From NCBI GenBank assembly GCA_963719885.1, contig CAVRDP010000030.1, positions 66,250 through 130,249 on the forward strand: a stretch of DNA of 64,000 bases. Direction: 5' to 3'. The DNA comes from an uncultured Planctomycetia bacterium. Lineage in GTDB: Bacteria; Planctomycetota; Planctomycetia; Pirellulales; Thermoguttaceae. Made by a program: the position numbers and the translations under genes. Below, one piece after another: positions 29,844 to 39,942 of this stretch (positions within the stretch are counted from its first letter, which is position 1; every line of letters starts with the position of its first letter). The notes below the pieces were generated by a model. The model was given only the letters and a program-made list of their open reading frames with translations. It made no database searches and was not told the DNA's origin.

Positions 29844-32281
29844 ATGGCCAAGAAATACGACCGTCGCCGCCGCGTCTTGAAGGAACCCCAAGCCCGGCGG
29901 GAGGATCCCTATGCCGCGCCACGATCAACGCTGACCGTTGCCCGAAAAGTGCAGCCGCAGTCGTTCGATGCAGGCGGCGATCGGGCGGGCCGTGGAGTGG
30001 TCGTCGCCATCTGCTGCCTGCTCGTGCTAGGGTCGGTGACGGTCTTCGTGCAAACGGCGCGGCACGGCTTCGTCAATTGCGACGACGACGAGTACGTTGA
30101 AAAAAATGTCAATATCCAACGCGGCCTGACACCGGCCAGCACCCGCTGGGCCATCACCGCGTTCCATTCGGCCAACTGGCATCCGCTGACCTGGATGTCG
30201 CATACTATCGATTGGCAGGCATTCGGCAAATGGGATGCAAGTCTGCAACGGTATGTCGACAGTTGGCCGGGCGGGCACCACCTGGTCAACTTGTTCCTGC
30301 ACGCAAGCTGTGCCGTGCTGCTGTTTCTGATTTTGCAAGCGATGACCGGCGCTACCTGGCCCAGCGCAGTCGTGGCGGCGCTCTTTGCCATCCATCCGCT
30401 CCGGGCCGAGTCGGTGGCCTGGGCTACGGGACGCAAGGACACGCTCAGTGCCTTGTTCTTTCTCTTGACGCTAGCGGCCTACCAGGCCTACGCCGCTCGC
30501 GCCTTCACCTGGTGGCGTTATGGGCTGGTGGTCGTCAGTTTCGCCCTGGGGCTCATGGCCAAGTCGATGTTGGTAACGCTGCCCTTGGTGTTGCTCCTGC
30601 TGGACTTTTGGCCGCTGCGGCGGGTGGGAAGAGGAGAGACGTGGGGACGGGGAAACGCGGAGACGCGGGGACGGGGAGATCCGGGCCTCTCCGCCGACCC
30701 GCTCCGCGAGTACCCCGCGTCCCCATGTCTCCGCGTCTTATTTCCGGCTGATCGTCGAAAAGACCCCTTTGTTAATTCTCTCGGCCGGGTCGTGCGTACA
30801 GACGATTCGGGCGAAAAGCGTAGTCCGGGCTTTCAAGCCGCTGGAACTACAATACCGTGCCATCAATGCCCTACTTTCCTACGCAGCCTACATCCGGCAG
30901 ATGTTTTTTCCGACGGGAATGGTCGTGCAATACGTACATCGGGGGCCAAATCTCCAGTGGCAGGAGGCGCTGATCCCGTTGGCGATCCTGGCGCCGATCA
31001 CACTGGTCGTGGGCTGCTTGGGTTGGTGGCGGCGCTATCTGGCCGTCGGCTGGCTCTGGTATTTGGGCATGCTCGTGCCGGTCATCGGATTGGTGCAGGT
31101 GGGTGCCCAAGCCCGGGCCGACCGTTACACCTACCTGACGCAGATCGGCCTGTACATCATGATCGCCTGGGGGCTGAGCGATCTGGCGCGGACATGGCGC
31201 GGACGAACGGCTCTATACGCTGCGGTCGCCGTGCCGGTCATCGCCGTGCTGGCCGCCATCGCCTGGCTTCAGACTTCCTATTGGCAGAACAGCGTTACCT
31301 TGTGGGCACACAGCGTCGCCTGCCAGCCGGAAAACGATTTCGCCCAGAACGAGTACGGCCAGGCCCTGGCCAACGCCGGCCGGGTCGACGAGGCCATGGA
31401 ACACTACGCCAGGGCGTTCGAAATCAATCCCAAGTACCTCACGCCAGCGGTCAACTACGCCGTCAGCTTGCACCAGCAGGGCAAAGTCGGCCGAAGCCGT
31501 GGCGGTTTGCAACACTGCCCTGCAGGTCGATCCGGACGACGCCCAGGCCCACTTCATTAAGGCCGTGGCCCTGTACGGTTGCAGCCAGAAGGAAACGGAC
31601 AAGCTCCGTGCCAAGGAGTTCGTGGAGGCTTCGATTCGCGAGTTTCAAGTCACCATCGAGAAGAACCCCAACCACGTGCTGGCCCACAATAACCTGGCCG
31701 AGGTGTTGCGGGTGAACCGGCGGTATGACGAGGCCCTGGGCGAATGCCGTACAGCCTTGGAACTCAACCCCGAACTGCCCGAAGGCCATCGCACGATGGC
31801 CAGAATTCTACTGGACAAGAACGATCTCGACGGGGCGATGAAGGAGTTTCAGATCGCGTTGAAACTCAAGCCGGACGATCCGCTGGTGTACGACGGGCTG
31901 GCCGACGCGCTGAAGCGGCAAGGCAAGTTCCGTGAACTGGCGGACCTCCGCATCCAACAGGTTGCCCAGCAACCGGCAAACTTGGCCTTTGCGCTGAAAG
32001 TCGCTCGGGCACTGACGACCGACCCGCTAACGGAAGCCCGCAATGGCGCGGCGGCCGTCGAGATCGCTCGTCGCGTGTGCGAAGCGACGAAGAACGAGAA
32101 CATCGTGGCTTTGGATGTCCTCGCGGCGGCCTCCGCCGAGACAGGTGATTTTGGGCAAGCTGAGGCGACGATCCGCAAAGCCATGGAGACCCCCCAGGGC
32201 CGAACGCCAAACTACACGGTCGAATTGCAGAAGCGGCTGGTCCTCTACCAGGCGCATCAGAAGCCGTTCAACCGGAAGTGA
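29844..32281 (+). CDS. Membrane glycosyltransferase-like (PMT/TMTC-type) protein with C-terminal TPR repeats; two frameshifts as assembled (~30620-30745, ~31490)
   Basis: Three collinear ORFs. 29844.. has a multi-TM N-terminus (HLVNLFLHASCAVLLF...IHPLRAESVAW). 30769..31560 reads LIVEKTPLLILSAGSCV... and has further TM helices. 31499..32281 has TPR repeats. Confidence 0.7.
30620..30745. repeat. GGAGACGCGGGGACGGGGA-type palindromic repeat inside the PMT/TPR gene
   Basis: GGAGAGACGTGGGGACGGGGAAACGCGGAGACGCGGGGACGGGGAG ... TACCCCGCGTCCCCATGTCTCCGCGTCT. The arms are partly complementary. Translated as GRGETWGRGNAETRGRGD. Confidence 0.7.
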
Positions 32282-32892
32282 TGTGGTGGTCGTGCCGTGG
32301 CAGCGTGCGATGATAGATATTGCTCTCGGTAATCACGGCGTCGACCCGCACGTCGTAGGGCTGCATCGGCACGGCATCGAAGAGTTGGCACTCGAAGGCC
32401 ACCGCGGCCAGCAGTGCGTCCGCCCGTGCGCCCCGCAAGAGACGATCGAAATAGCCTTTGCCATAGCCGATCCGGCCGCCTTGGCGGTCCAGCGCCAGGC
32501 CGGGGATGACCAGCAAATCGAGTTCATGGACATTGGCTCGCCGATGGTCTTGTTCGCGCAATTCGGGCTTGGGCTCTAGGATGCCCAACGTGCCGGGGGC
32601 CAGGTCGCAAAAACTATTCAGGCAGAAAAGTTGGAGATGTTGGGCTTGGCAATACGGCACGACAACCCGTTTGCGGTCGGCCCACATCCGCGCGAAAAAC
32701 GCGTGCGTGGAGACTTCGCTGCGAAAGCTGACATAACACAGCAAGGTTCTGCGCCTGCGCGTATTGCGGCAGACCAACAAGCCGCTCGAAGATCGTGCCG
32801 CTCAGCCGACCACCGTCTTGCTGGTGGAGTCGGCGTAGATGGGCCACAGCCCGAAGGTGATGTTTTTCCTGGAGCGGGTCGCTTGGTTTCAT
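32268..32892 (-). CDS. 5-formyltetrahydrofolate cyclo-ligase; one frameshift as assembled (~32740)
   Basis: ORF 32614..32892 (N-terminal ...SGTIFERLVGLPQYAQAQN) joins ORF 32268..32780 (CYVSFRSEVSTHAFF...LDLLVIPGLALDRQGGRIGYGKGYFDRLL...). Confidence 0.8.
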
Positions 32893-32925
32893 AAAAAGTT
32901 GGGCCGCGTCCTCGCGGGCGCGGCC
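32893..32925 (-). terminator. Hairpin plus T-run downstream of the cob operon
   Basis: Minus strand reads GGGCCGCG-cccgcgagga-CGCGGCCC, then AACTTTTTAT. It runs straight into the ATG of the MTHFS gene. Confidence 0.45.
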
Positions 32926-33153
32926 CGGAGCATGTTTCGCCTTAAGGCCCGTGTGTTGGCGGATGTCGGCCTTAAGGAGGAGGAAACAGCTAACATTATC
33001 TTAGCTTGTCTCGCCGAATTGTCTATAACCTAATCAAGGGGGGCAATCCTGTTTGCCATGCAAAAATCAAATATGGATTGCCTAATCTTTGCAAATCATC
33101 AGATTTCCGGATTGATCGCACGATAACCCTTGCAAGGATTACAAGACAACTCG

Positions 33154-33927
33154 TCAACCAGATTCTGCCAATGCGTGTGCCAGCACCGCCAGTAGCCCGT
33201 TGACCTCGGTAAACACATGCCGGTTCCCGAGGGCCGGCCGTGCTATGACAATGACGTCGCAACCTTCCGCCCTGGCCGCGTCGAGTTTCTCGGCCGTGCC
33301 GCCGGCCATGCCGCTGTCCTTGGTCACCAGCACGCCGGCGCCGAAGTCGCGAATGTGCCGCCGATTTTCATCGATCGAAAACGGCCCCCGCCCGGCAATG
33401 ATCTGTTCCGGCCTAATGCCGGCCCGGCGACAGGCCTCCAGCGATTGCGGGTGGTCGAGTACGCGGACCGTCAAGCCCAGGCCGGTACGACGCGCCTGCT
33501 CGACGTAAGGCAGAAGATTCCTCGTTCCGGTGGTCAGCAACACGGGCCGGCCACGGCGAAACGCGGCCACTGCGGCAGCCGCGTGGTCCGGCACAAGCTC
33601 CACGCCAGGAGCGGATTCGTCGATAGCTGCCGGGCGAAGAAATCGCAAGTAGGGGACGCCTTTGTTGTCGGCAGCCTGGCTCGCCGCTGCGTGGATCGCG
33701 ATCGCGTAGGGATGGGTTGCATCGACGATCGCACGAATCGCGTAATGATCGACAACTTCCGCGAGGCCGCGTTCGTCCAGCGGGCCGGAACGGGCCTCGA
33801 TGTTGGGGTGTGCAACCGTTGCCAGCAAAACATCGGTCGCTTGAGAAACGAGCACGCGATAGCCGGCCCGGGCCAGACCTAAGGCAATCGGCGGCGCATC
33901 GCTCGTACCACCCAGGAGCAAGATCAT
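33154..33927 (-). CDS. cbiJ: Cobalt-precorrin-6A reductase
   Basis: 257-aa intact ORF. ILLLGGTSDA...ATHPYA...LLTTG...GRGPFS...VLVTKDSG pattern of CbiJ/CobK. Confidence 0.9.
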   Translation of the reverse strand: MILLLGGTSDAPPIALGLARAGYRVLVSQATDVLLATVAHPNIEARSGPLDERGLAEVVDHYAIRAIVDATHPYAIAIHAAASQAADNKGVPYLRFLRPAAIDESAPGVELVPDHAAAAVAAFRRGRPVLLTTGTRNLLPYVEQARRTGLGLTVRVLDHPQSLEACRRAGIRPEQIIAGRGPFSIDENRRHIRDFGAGVLVTKDSGMAGGTAEKLDAARAEGCDVIVIARPALGNRHVFTEVNGLLAVLAHALAESG

Positions 33928-33941
33928 TCGGAGTTTTCCTT

Positions 33942-33989
33942 CGTAGAACGGATTTCAATCCGTTTGAATGGAATGAATTCCGTTCTACG
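33942..33989. repeat. GTAGAACGGAATTCA-type palindromic element
   Basis: CGTAGAACGGATTTCA ... TGAATTCCGTTCTACG (15 of 16 complementary). Spans the cbiH stop and the cbiH-cbiJ gap. Confidence 0.8.
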
Positions 33990-34703
33990 TAAAATATCCA
34001 CGAGCGGTGACCATCCAGCGGTCGATCCGCCGCGTGCTGCTGTTGCCGATGATGACCACGGTCCGCATGTCGATCTCCTGCTCGAGCAGATGATCCAGAT
34101 CGGTAAGCACCAGCGACTGGTCGTCCTGACCGGCCGAGGTAACGATTCCCACGGGCGTCTGGCCCGACCGGGCGGCCCGAAAGATTTCGACTGCCTCTTG
34201 CAATTGCTTGACGCGTTTCTTGCTGCGGGGGTTGTACAGGGCCACCACAAGATCGGCGGCGGCGACCGCTTCCAGCCGCCGGCGGATGACTTCCCAGGAA
34301 ACCAGCAAGTCGCTCAGGCTGATCACGGCGAAGTCCAGCATTAGCGGCGCCCCCAGGGCCGCGGCGGCGGCGCTGGCGGCCGTTACTCCGGGAATGATTT
34401 CCAGGGGAACGTGCAGGTCTTCGGCCTCGGCCAATTCCAGGGCCAGCCCGGCCATGCCGTAGATGCCGGCGTCGCCGGAGGAGATCAACGCGACCACCTC
34501 GCCTGCCGCGGCGCGGTGCAGGGCCTGCCGGCAGCGCTCGACTTCATGCGTCATGCCGGAAGCCACAAGCTCCTTGCCGCCGGTCAGGTCGGCAATCGCC
34601 TCCAAATAGGGCGTATAGCCGACGATGGTCCCGCTCTCGGCAATCGCCTCAACCGCCCGCAACGTGCGATGCTGCTTGCCGCCGGGACCTATCCCAACGA
34701 CGG
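33985..34703 (-). CDS. cbiH: Cobalt-factor III / precorrin-3B C17-methyltransferase; no independent start codon as assembled
   Basis: GKLSVVGIGPGGKQHRTLRAVEAI...SSGDAGIYGMAG...IIPGVTAA. The conserved N-terminus (from 34703) has no ATG/GTG/TTG upstream in frame. It overlaps the cbiG 3' end in the -1 frame at an AAA run. Confidence 0.85.
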
Positions 34704-35470
34704 ACAGCTTTCCCGGGCGATCGCCACGGTCACGCCGTGGAGTCTTTGTTTGGGAAGTAGTAATTGCGTCCTCCTTCCTGCCAAGAGCGCCGCGGGCTCC
34801 GCGACCGCCGGCAGGTCCACCTTTTCCTGAACGAAGTCGGAATGTCCGAATGTCCGGATCGAGTTGCGGATTTCCTCCGCCCCTACCAGCCGCAACGGCA
34901 GGCCCAACTGTCGGGCCGCCTCCAGCAATCCGGGCTCGTCGGCCTTGATTTCGGCGGAGGCCAACAATCGTACCTGGGCCAGATCGCAGTTGGCCAGCGC
35001 CAAGGCTTCACGAATTGCGGCCCCGATCGCGCCGGCTTCGGCGCCACGGCGGCAGCCCACGCCGACGATCAAGTTCTTGACGGCCTCGGTGGTTGTCGAG
35101 ATCACCGGTTCGGCGTCGAGGATGTTGGCCACGGCCATCGCCAGTTCATTAGCGCCGCCTTCATGCCCGCTGAGCAGGCTCACGGCCCAGCGCCCGCCCA
35201 CGTCGACGGCCACGACCGCCGGATCGACCGTTTTGTGGCGGATACAGGGGCAATGGCTCGGACGACGGCGCCGATAGGGGCGATATAGACCAACCCTTGG
35301 TATAGCGGAAAAACCTCCTGCGACAACTGTGCGAGGCGGTCGAACCGTTTGGCGTCGGGCAGTTCTGTGACCCCGGCGTGGTGGAACACGTCGCAAGCTT
35401 CCCACGACACGGCCAGTTTCGCGGCAATGCGCGATCCTTCGTTGCTCAAGCTGATGACGGCGAGGTTCAT
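34689..35470 (-). CDS. cbiG: Cobalt-precorrin-5A hydrolase; one frameshift as assembled (GGGG run 35247-35250)
   Basis: ORF 35180..35470 (MNLAVISLSNEGSRIAAKLA...YIAPIGAVVRAIAP) joins ORF 34689..35405 (IRHKTVDPAVVAVDVGGRWAVSLLSGHEGGANELA...IVGVGCRRG...). Confidence 0.85.
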
Positions 35471-35598
35471 GTCTCCTTGTGTGCGTTGGTTTGCACCAGC
35501 ATAGTGACTCAGTCAGGTGGGTGATCGGCCCGTAGCAGCCGTATTAGACTTGCGAGGTATGTCTGCGCATGAAGCGAGGGAGCAAAGCAGGTTGGCGA

Positions 35599-36333
35599 CT
35601 ACGGAAGAATATCGGGTACCTCGTCCGTGCCGATTTGAGGTTTGAGACTTCTTGAACTAACAGGCTCCACCAGCACTAGGTAGTGATTTCCGATGCGGTT
35701 CAGGTCGCCTCTGCAAATCAGCACGTGGGGTTGCGCAGTATCAGTCGGGGCATTGGTGTAGATTTGGGTAATTCCCGGGTCACCTGACAACAGGAGCGGC
35801 GGTAGCGGCAGCGTGGCCCCATGGCGTTGAGCCGGTCGAGTATCTTTGGTATCGATGTTGAAGGCTATGTCCACCGCTTTCCCGTTGTAAGTCACACCCG
35901 GCGGAAGGCTCGCCTCCGACATGCGAATCTCAACGTCGTCGGGATTGGGCAGCCTTTGCGCCACCAACGGTGCCAATCCCGGTGGCACGGCGATTGTGTT
36001 CGTTTCAGCACGAGGGCCTGCGCCGTTCCAAAAATAGACAGCTAGCCGCCAGTCGCCTTTGGGAAGGGAGCCGCGAAAGAGATTGCCGGGCTCCGCGCTG
36101 ACTTGCGTAAGCCAGGCCGGTTGGATCTCCTTGGGAAGCACCTTCGTCAGTTCTTCAACCTGGCGTTCAGCAACCCGCCTTTTTTGATCGAGCATTTGAT
36201 ACCGTGCAGTCTGGACAAGAGCTGCCATGAGCAGCGCGATTCCAACGGTAAACCACAATAGGCTCGACATCCGGAACTGATACCAGCGGAGCTTGGGGAC
36301 TGGTGGGGCCAATTCGGATTCTAGGTCGGTCAT
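35599..36333 (-). CDS. Hypothetical membrane-anchored protein inserted in the cob operon
   Basis: GGAGG upstream of the ATG at 36333. MTDLESELAPPVPKLRWYQFRMSSLLWFTVGIALLMAALV (planctomycete N-terminal anchor motif). Visibly lower GC than the flanking cbi genes. No family recognised. Confidence 0.6.
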   Translation of the reverse strand: MTDLESELAPPVPKLRWYQFRMSSLLWFTVGIALLMAALVQTARYQMLDQKRRVAERQVEELTKVLPKEIQPAWLTQVSAEPGNLFRGSLPKGDWRLAVYFWNGAGPRAETNTIAVPPGLAPLVAQRLPNPDDVEIRMSEASLPPGVTYNGKAVDIAFNIDTKDTRPAQRHGATLPLPPLLLSGDPGITQIYTNAPTDTAQPHVLICRGDLNRIGNHYLVLVEPVSSRSLKPQIGTDEVPDILP

Positions 36334-36385
36334 GAGATCCTCCGTTAGTTGACTGCAATTGTACCATGATATCAGCTTCCGCATA

Positions 36386-37151
36386 CTATTCTCGTGCATC
36401 GCCTTGGCGATACCCGTGTCCGAATGTCTTATCGTAAAGCTTGGAAAAACTCCGCGCCGGCCTTTCCAGGGCGAACCCCACAAGAAAGATGGCCGTGCGC
36501 GTGATTCCTTCCGCGCGGACCCGCTCGCCGATATCGCTGAGCGTGCCGCGGATGACCTTCTCGTCGGGCCACGAGGCATGAAAGACCAACGCCGCCGGGC
36601 AATCCGGCCCGTAATGGCCTGCCAGCATTCCGGTCAGCTCCGCGATTCGATCCGTGGAGAGGAAGATGCACAACGTCGCCCGCGACTGGGCCAACCGCGA
36701 AAGGTCTTCCGAGGGCGGCATCGGCGTGCGGCCTGGGGTGCGGGTGAGGATGATCGTTTGGGCAACGTCGGGGGCCGTTAGCTCGACCTTCAGCGTCGCG
36801 GCGGCCGCTTGGAAGGCGCTGATCCCCGGCACCACTTCGTAGGCAATTTGAAGTCGATCGAGGGCGTCCATCTGCTCGCCGATCGCGCCATAGATCGCAG
36901 GCTCGCCGGTGTGCAGGCGAACGACGTCGATCTGTTGCTCGCGGGCCGCCTCGGAACTGCGCGACGATCTCCTCCAGGTTCATCGTGGCCGAATCGTAAC
37001 GCTCGGCCTCGGGAGGAAGCAGGTCCAACAGCGCGGGATTCACCAGCGACCCAGCGTAGATGCACAAGCGGGCACTGGTCAGAAGCCGCTTCGCTTTGAC
37101 GGTCAACAACTCGGGGTCTCCCGGGCCGGCGCCCACGAAATAGACTTTCAT
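36386..37151 (-). CDS. cbiF: Cobalt-precorrin-4 C11-methyltransferase; one frameshift as assembled (~36945)
   Basis: MKVYFVGAGPGDPELLTVKA...IYAGSLV (ORF 36429..37151) joins EAAREQQIDVVRLHTGEPAIYGAIGEQMDALD...YEVVPGISAF (ORF 36386..36871 and its upstream in-frame extension). Confidence 0.85.
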
Positions 37152-37168
37152 AGTTGATTCTCCTTGCC

Positions 37169-37221
37169 GTACGTCAGGCTTTCCAGCCTGACTGTCTGTC
37201 AGGCTGGAAAGCCTGTCGTAC
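37169..37221. repeat. CAGGCTTTCCAGCCTGAC-type palindromic element
   Basis: GTACGTCAGGCTTTCCAGCCTGAC-tgtct-GTCAGGCTGGAAAGCCTGTCGTAC. Lies in the cbiL-cbiF gap. Confidence 0.85.
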
Positions 37222-38751
37222 TACGGCCCTTTGGCTTGAACGATCAAGATCGATAAATACCCCGCCTCGTTGGGCAACCCCTGCAAGCGACGCACGTCGG
37301 TTTCCACCTGTTGTTGCGGCATGCCGGCACGCGACACGAAGATCGTCTGCTCCAATAGGCTGCGGGTTTCCAGTTCGTCGAGGACCCGCGCCAGGCGCCG
37401 TCCGACTTTCATCAAGACGACGGTGCCGCCACGGTCCAGCGCGGCGGTGAACTGATCGAGATCGTCCGAGGCCGGAACGACCGTCAGCAATTGTTTGCCT
37501 TCCCCTAGCGGCTGGTTTGTCAGGGCGGCCGCCGCGCTGAAGGCCGTCACCCCCGGCACCGTGACGACCTGCAGGGCTGGTTCGATCGCCCGCAACTCGC
37601 GCAGCAGGTAGATATAAGTCGAGTAGAGCAGGGCGTCGCCGAGGGTCAGGAAACAGCAATCCTCGCCGCGGGCCAGAATCTCGTGGACTTCCCGCGCAGC
37701 CCGCTGCCAGTTTTCCCGCAACACGCCCGGGTCGGCAGTCATGGGATAGGCCTGCTCGTGTACGACTGCATCCGGCCGAAGATAGCTGCGGGCGATCTCC
37801 AAGGCCACGCTATCGGCCGCCAAGGCCGATTTGGGCACGCACACGTGCCGGCAGGTCGAAAGGATGCGGACGGCCTTGACGGTCATCCATTCCGGATCGC
37901 CCGGGCCCACGCCGATGCCGTAAAGGGTTCCAAAATCACCCTTTCCCGCCTGCCTGTAGGGAACGTCCTCTGTGGCGTTCCATGACGGGGTCGAATGCCC
38001 TTTATCCGGAACGCCACGGAGGGCGTTCCCTACAGGCGTCTCCCCTCGCTGCAAACCGCCCTCACCCCGACCATGGGTACATGGTGCCCGCCCTCTCCCG
38101 AGTACGGGAGAGGGGAGCTTGCGAATAAGAAGCACGATCGACAGTGAAGCGGCGTCGATCTGGCCGAGTTGTTCGGGCGCAATCTGCTGAAAACGTTCGC
38201 TGTCGAGAGTCAAGTTTTCGGCGAGAAACGCAGCATGGCTGGCATGCAAGGCGCTGGCCATGCCAGCCGACCAGCGGATGGCCTCCGCCGTGCCGGCGAG
38301 GATGGCGATCTTGTCGGCGTCGAGCGAGATCGTCCGCGGTGATGTTCGGAATTCGCCCATGGGCGCTCAGGATGCGGGCATCGGCCCAATCCAGCCCGAG
38401 CCGGGCAAAGGCCACCTGTACCGAACTGACGGCCGGAACGACTTCGCATTGCTCCCGGCCGAAGCGTTGGATCACATTCTGCGCGAGACTGTGCAGTCCC
38501 GGATCGCCGCTGACCAGCACGGCGATCCTCTGCCCGGCCGTGCGCCGCGTCGCAATCTGCTCCAGGAGTGCGGCGATATCGGTCTCGACGAGGATTCTCT
38601 CCGCGGGGCAATCGGGAAACAGTTCCAGGAGGCGCTGGCCGCCCACGAGGACGTCGGCCCGGGCGACCGCCTGCCGCGCGGCCTCGGTGACATACTCGGC
38701 CGAACCCGGCCCGCAGCCGACGATCGAGAGCGGGGGTGTGTTCATTGCCAT
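37221..38751 (-). CDS. cbiE/cbiL: Apparent CbiE-CbiL fusion (cobalt-precorrin-7 C5-methyltransferase + cobalt-factor II C20-methyltransferase); one frameshift in the CbiE part (~38305)
   Basis: ATG at 38751 (MAMNTPPLSIVGCGPGSAEY...VLVSGDPGLHS...ILSAHGR). After the frame switch it reads DADKIAILAGTAEAI...SIVLLIRK. A ~65-aa repeat-derived linker follows. Then CbiL (TLYGIGVGPGDPEWMTVKAVRIL...LTLGDALLYSTY...VPGVTAF). No stop codon and no ATG/GTG separates the two enzymes. Confidence 0.8.
37953..38036. repeat. GTAGGGAACGCC...GGCGTTCCCTAC palindromic element (intragenic)
   Basis: CCTGTAGGGAACGTCCTCTGTGGCGTTCC ... GGAACGCCACGGAGGGCGTTCCCTACAGG. 84 nt. Same family as 44342-44423. Confidence 0.85.
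38059..38117. repeat. CCCTCACCCC / CCTCTCCCGAGTACGGGAGAGG hairpin element (intragenic)
   Basis: CCCTCACCCCGACCATGGGTACATGGTGCCCGCCCTCTCCCGAGTACGGGAGAGGGGAG. Relatives at 13488-13535, 51293-51329, 53353-53391, 54084-54137 and 54185-54215. Confidence 0.8.
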
Positions 38752-38781
38752 TTCCTGTTCTGCCAGTTGGGGGACAAGAAA

Positions 38782-38870
38782 AGTACAGGCACACTCCGTG
38801 TGCCGTCCGCCCGGCGGCGTCAGCCGCAGGTTTTTTCAAAGCGGACGGCACGCGGAGCGTGCCTGCTACT
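38782..38870. repeat. AGCAGGCACACTCCGTGTGCCGTCCGC palindromic element (intergenic cbiD-cbiE)
   Basis: AGTACAGGCACACTCCGTGTGCCGTCCGC ... GCGGACGGCACGCGGAGCGTGCCTGCTACT. Same family as 46513-46620. Confidence 0.85.
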
Positions 38871-38883
38871 TTGGTGGCCGTCT

Positions 38884-39942
38884 TTATTTCCATGGCGCAA
38901 GATCTCCATCGGTTCCCAGGCACTCGCCCGCCATGTCGATGAGGAACACAGCCACGGGGAGAGGCTGGGCAATTCGGCAGGCTACCGCCAATCGCACGCG
39001 CTTGGCCAGTTCCGCGGCCAGCGCCGTTTTTTCGGGCATCGCTAGCGCGGAAAAAACGCCTTCGGCGGTGGTGCTGTCCGGGGCCGGATGCCCGAGGACC
39101 TCGGGGCAGACACGGCTCAAGTAGTGCGTAACCTGGCTGGAGCGCGAGGAATGGGTGTCCCAATAGCCTGCCGCGAGTTTGGCCAGCTTGCCGGGATGTC
39201 CCAGAAGCATTACGGCCCGAAAGGTATGCCGGGACAACAGGTCCAGCACGAAGCCCCATTCGTTGCCCGTCTCGATCACCTGCTCCTCGCGGAGCGAGAA
39301 ATGGCGTCGAGCGGCACCCGCACCGATGTTGCCGGGCACGAGGACTGGGGCCGTCACCTGGCAGGCCGCGGCCACGTCGAGCGTACACTTCAGGGCATCC
39401 TGCAAGGCCAGGGCACAATAGGGACGGACGATGCCGGTGGTGCCCAGGATCGACAGTCCGCCTTCGATCCCCAGCCGCGGATTGAAGGTCTTGGCGGCAA
39501 TTTCCCTTCCGCCGGGCACACTGATTTCCACGCGGACGCCGCGGGCGGTAATCTCACGGATGGCCGCCACAATCATCCGTCGCGGGACTGGATTGATGGC
39601 CGGCTCGCCCGGCGGGACCTGGAGCCCCGGTTTGGTGACGGTGCCGACGCCGTCGCCGGCCACGAAGGTCACACCGGCGCCGTCGTCCCAGGAAAGCCGA
39701 ACTTGTAATTCCAAGCCATGCGTCACGTCCGGGTCGTCGCCGGCGTCTTTGCGAACGGCTGCCGTCGCGGCCGCGGGATCCTGCTCGGATTGTACGTAAA
39801 GGATCGGCACGCAGATCGCCTCTCCCGCCGGCAACCGCAGCTCGACCTCGCGCGGCGCGCTCTGGCCAACTAGAAGGGAGGCCGCTGCCTTGGCAGCCGC
39901 GGCAGCACAGGTCCCCGTTGTAATGCCCCGCCGCAGGTTCAT
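38884..39942 (-). CDS. cbiD: Cobalt-precorrin-5B C1-methyltransferase
   Basis: ATG at 39942 (ATGA overlap with the cbiO stop). MNLRRGITTGTCAAAAAKAA...GDGVGTVTKPGL...GGLSILGTTGIVRP. Intact. Confidence 0.9.
   Translation of the reverse strand: MNLRRGITTGTCAAAAAKAAASLLVGQSAPREVELRLPAGEAICVPILYVQSEQDPAAATAAVRKDAGDDPDVTHGLELQVRLSWDDGAGVTFVAGDGVGTVTKPGLQVPPGEPAINPVPRRMIVAAIREITARGVRVEISVPGGREIAAKTFNPRLGIEGGLSILGTTGIVRPYCALALQDALKCTLDVAAACQVTAPVLVPGNIGAGAARRHFSLREEQVIETGNEWGFVLDLLSRHTFRAVMLLGHPGKLAKLAAGYWDTHSSRSSQVTHYLSRVCPEVLGHPAPDSTTAEGVFSALAMPEKTALAAELAKRVRLAVACRIAQPLPVAVFLIDMAGECLGTDGDLAPWK

Noticed and set aside
34689-34710. Programmed -1/+1 ribosomal frameshift joining CbiG to CbiH.
   Set aside because: There is no slippery heptamer plus pseudoknot. 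The same kind of break occurs about 24 times in the window, often at homopolymers, so a base-calling indel is the simpler explanation.
38144-39418. ORFs 38144..39124 (+, 326 aa) and 38210..39418 (-, 402 aa).
   Set aside because: They are off-frame or antisense shadows over cbiE and cbiD, with low-complexity Arg/Pro/Gly-rich translations.
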